Assembly: GCA_965261395.1 (NCBI GenBank)
Contig: OZ253462.1
Location: 1,504,001 to 1,568,000 of the forward strand
Direction: 5' to 3'
DNA from: Candidatus Latescibacterota bacterium
GTDB taxonomy: Bacteria; Latescibacterota; UBA2968; UBA8231
DNA length: 64,000 nucleotides
Shown here in pieces: positions 61,513-64,000 of the stretch. The notes beneath the pieces are model-generated. The model did not search any database. It saw nothing but the letters and a program-made list of their open reading frames with translations, and was not told the origin of the DNA. Positions within the stretch are counted from its first letter, which is position 1; every line of letters starts with the position of its first letter. A program made the position numbers and the translations under genes.

Positions 61513-63261
61513 TTAACTTTTCTTGTCGTTTGCCAACGGCCCGGTCGGTGCTTCCTTGCTGTAGAGCGACGATCCCCGCTCGTACGACACGTTTACCTCG
61601 CCATTGGCCACGTCCAATCGCGGCACATTGCTGTGGAACACATCGCGGTCCGGGCCGCGCATCACCGCCAACTGGGTGTCGCTCATCCCCTCGACCAATT
61701 CGCCCCAGCGGTTTTCCGGGTGGGCCATCTCGCCGCCACTGCGGTTGAAGTTGCGCGATGAATACTTGATCAGGATGCCCCGTCGCGCAATCTCGCTCTT
61801 CCAAGCCAACGCTCCGTGAGTCGTGCCGCCGTCGCCGAAAAACAGCACATCGCCGGCCTGCATCTCGACGTGTTTGACCAGCCCCATATCGCGGTCGCAG
61901 GTGCGCACGCCGGGAGGCAATTTGTAGTAGGCCTTGTGGCTGCCCGGCACGCAGGCAAAACCTCCGTCGCCCGCCCGCACGTCCCTGAGCTGCCAAGTCA
62001 CGGTGACCGCCTCGCAATAGCTGCGGCCGTTGTGGTACACATAGCCGCGGCCGGGATTGAGCGGCTCGTTGGCGTCGTGTAGCGAGTGGCCGCTGGTTCC
62101 CTGGACCGAGACAAAACCCGTCGCTCCACCCATCCGCCCACCGCTGCCACCCATCCAATTCAGCCGGTGCTCGACCGCCGGATGCGCGACCATCTGCCGG
62201 AACGGTTCGCAATAGGGCTGGGGCAGTTCCAGCAGTCCATTCAACAAGGGCCGCCCGGTTCCCGCCAGACTTTTGGACCCCCGCGCCAGCTCTTCGCCGA
62301 CTTTGATCTGGTCCTCAAAGCGGTCCACCGCCTCGTTGGCCGCGGCCAACCACTCCCCGTCCATCACCCCGCGCAAGACCAAATAGCCGTTTAGATCCCA
62401 GAAGTAAAATTCCCGGTAGTCGATGTCGCTGTCGGGATCCACCTGTAAAAGCGACGGGTGAAATACCCCGGACTCCATCCGCGTCGTCTTGCCATCGGTC
62501 ACAATCGTCGGCGGCGGTGACGTGGCTTGGTAGCTCGGCTTGTAGAGCGAGGCCCGCTGTACCTCACTCAAGTCGGCGTGCCATTCCGGGCGCGGCTCCA
62601 CTGCGGTCTTCGGCCCAGTCCCCGCGCTGCGGATCACGCCGCGCCCCACAAATTCGTAACTCAACAGCCGCTGACGCCCTGCTCCCTTCCACGGCCGCAT
62701 CCCCTGCACCGTCGCCAGCCCCACGATCAGCAAGTCCCCCGCTTTGAGCACCGGCTGGAAAACAAGCCCCATATCGTCGGCCCCGGTCGCCAGCTCCTCC
62801 GGCGTCGCCACATTGCCCTTGTGGCTGCACGGCACCAGCACAAAGCCGCCGTCCCCTTCCTCGACATCCTCCAGCGCCCACAGCACCCGCACCCCCTCGC
62901 TGAAGCGCCGCCCGTTCTGGAAGTAGTACGCAATGGCAGGGTCCCGAGGCTCATTGCCGCCGACCAGCGGCGCGGTCGTGTCGCTGGTTTCCTCACACCA
63001 GACTTCTGGTGCGCGGTCGAGGATAAACCCCTGGCCGACAAGCTGGTTGAGATACCACACCAACGCCGGCTGCACCAACAGGTCGCGGAACGGCTCCCGC
63101 GCCTTCCCCGGCCAACCCAGCATTCCCTCCGTCGCCCCCACGGCGTCGATCTTCCCATTGAGCCGCTCGACCTGCTGACGAGTCAACGTCCCCGGCACGT
63201 GCAAATACCCGGCTACGTCGAAACAGTAATTCTCTTCGTTGGTCATTGTTTCGCGGTCCAT
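61513..63261 (-). CDS. Tandem two-domain PhyH-family protein
   Basis: Two FD..GY...GGF..VP.SHK...AGD units; domain 1 lacks both His ligands, domain 2 has HDA and THG. Confidence 0.85.
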   Translation of the reverse strand: MDRETMTNEENYCFDVAGYLHVPGTLTRQQVERLNGKIDAVGATEGMLGWPGKAREPFRDLLVQPALVWYLNQLVGQGFILDRAPEVWCEETSDTTAPLVGGNEPRDPAIAYYFQNGRRFSEGVRVLWALEDVEEGDGGFVLVPCSHKGNVATPEELATGADDMGLVFQPVLKAGDLLIVGLATVQGMRPWKGAGRQRLLSYEFVGRGVIRSAGTGPKTAVEPRPEWHADLSEVQRASLYKPSYQATSPPPTIVTDGKTTRMESGVFHPSLLQVDPDSDIDYREFYFWDLNGYLVLRGVMDGEWLAAANEAVDRFEDQIKVGEELARGSKSLAGTGRPLLNGLLELPQPYCEPFRQMVAHPAVEHRLNWMGGSGGRMGGATGFVSVQGTSGHSLHDANEPLNPGRGYVYHNGRSYCEAVTVTWQLRDVRAGDGGFACVPGSHKAYYKLPPGVRTCDRDMGLVKHVEMQAGDVLFFGDGGTTHGALAWKSEIARRGILIKYSSRNFNRSGGEMAHPENRWGELVEGMSDTQLAVMRGPDRDVFHSNVPRLDVANGEVNVSYERGSSLYSKEAPTGPLANDKKS

Positions 63262-63288
63262 TTGGCACCTCCTTTGTCTAGTTTGGTG

Positions 63289-63594
63289 TTAGGCAGCCAC
63301 GGGATCGCTGACCTCAACTGCAAGGCGTAAGCCCAACTCGCGCAGAACTGCGGTCAAACTTAAGAGTTGGGGATTACCTTGGTCGGACAGCATTCGATAC
63401 ATCGACTCGCGATTGAGCTGAGCGCCCTCTGCGAGTCGCTTCATGCCGTGAGCTTCGGCTACATCGCGCAGCGCAAGGAGGAACACGTCAGGGGAGCCAT
63501 CCTCAAGAGCAGCAGTCAGATACGCAGCCGCTTCGCTAGGATCTCTGAGATCTTCTAGTAGCCCTTCTTTATACGGTCGAGATGCTTTGCTCAT
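63289..63594 (-). CDS. Addiction module antidote protein (HTH antitoxin)
   Basis: AAAYLTAALE...ALRDVAEAHGM...RESMYRMLS..GNP. Confidence 0.9.
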   Translation of the reverse strand: MSKASRPYKEGLLEDLRDPSEAAAYLTAALEDGSPDVFLLALRDVAEAHGMKRLAEGAQLNRESMYRMLSDQGNPQLLSLTAVLRELGLRLAVEVSDPVAA

Positions 63595-63929
63595 AATGAC
63601 CTTCTTCTGTAGTCGCGCCAGAAAATCCGAGCCTGTTCAATGTCCCGTGATTGGGTTCTTTTACTGCCGCCGCAAAGCAACAACACAAGGCGGTCACCTG
63701 CCCGCCCGAAATAGACCCGATAACCGGGACCGTGGTCAATGCGTAGCTCGTGGAGGCCACCACCGAGCGAGTTGGTGTCGCCGAAGTTACCCAATCGCAA
63801 CCGCGCCAGTCGAGTGCGAATACGGGCCCTAGCAGTACGATCCCTCAAGTTGCGAATCCATTCCGAGAAGGGTGGCCGGCCTTCCTCTGTCTGATATACC
63901 TCGACCTCGTGTGATACCGCCTCTGACAT
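63591..63929 (-). CDS. Addiction module killer protein (RelE/ParE superfamily toxin)
   Basis: GNFGD, ELRIDHGPGYRVYF, LLLCGGSK..Q.RDI; toxin precedes antitoxin. Confidence 0.9.
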   Translation of the reverse strand: MSEAVSHEVEVYQTEEGRPPFSEWIRNLRDRTARARIRTRLARLRLGNFGDTNSLGGGLHELRIDHGPGYRVYFGRAGDRLVLLLCGGSKRTQSRDIEQARIFWRDYRRRSL

Positions 63930-64000
63930 GGGAAAAGTGTAGCCGAAAAGCTACAACGCCGCAAGGATAGCTGATAGCAAGAATAAGCCCAACGTGAGAA

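Noticed and set aside
61484-62212. N-terminal extension of the 573-aa ORF
   Set aside because: Out-of-frame overlap with the PhyH gene; the signal peptide and RBS point to 61483

Overview
GC-rich bacterial chromosome segment. The gene style (several PhyH dioxygenases, sulfatases, Gfo/Idh/MocA enzymes, a DUF6785-like membrane protein, FlgD-Ig tails and C-terminal SWGxIK tails) suggests a Latescibacterota/Poribacteria-like, possibly sponge-associated lineage; this is inference only. A catabolic backbone is interrupted by accessory blocks: (i) ~5-10 kb, a lower-GC run of small genes with a Septu-like ATPase+HNH pair and two eroded toxin-antitoxin remnants; (ii) ~19.6-26.3 kb, a dynamin-like gene pair disrupted by IS30, IS5 and a frameshift; (iii) an Mrr nuclease; (iv) a 6.7-kb integrase-less sulfatase islet bounded by a 17-bp duplication of the tRNA-Val 3' end. 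The best candidate for an undescribed system is at 52.7-59.2 kb. There a sigma54 enhancer-binding protein carries a very large beta-propeller/Y_Y_Y sensor with no visible signal peptide or TM helix. Downstream of it lie three phased palindromes, a -24/-12 promoter and an array of secreted TolB-like propeller paralogs with conserved ends, variable centres and a shared SWGxIK tail. Several genes in the window appear collapsed by internal deletions.
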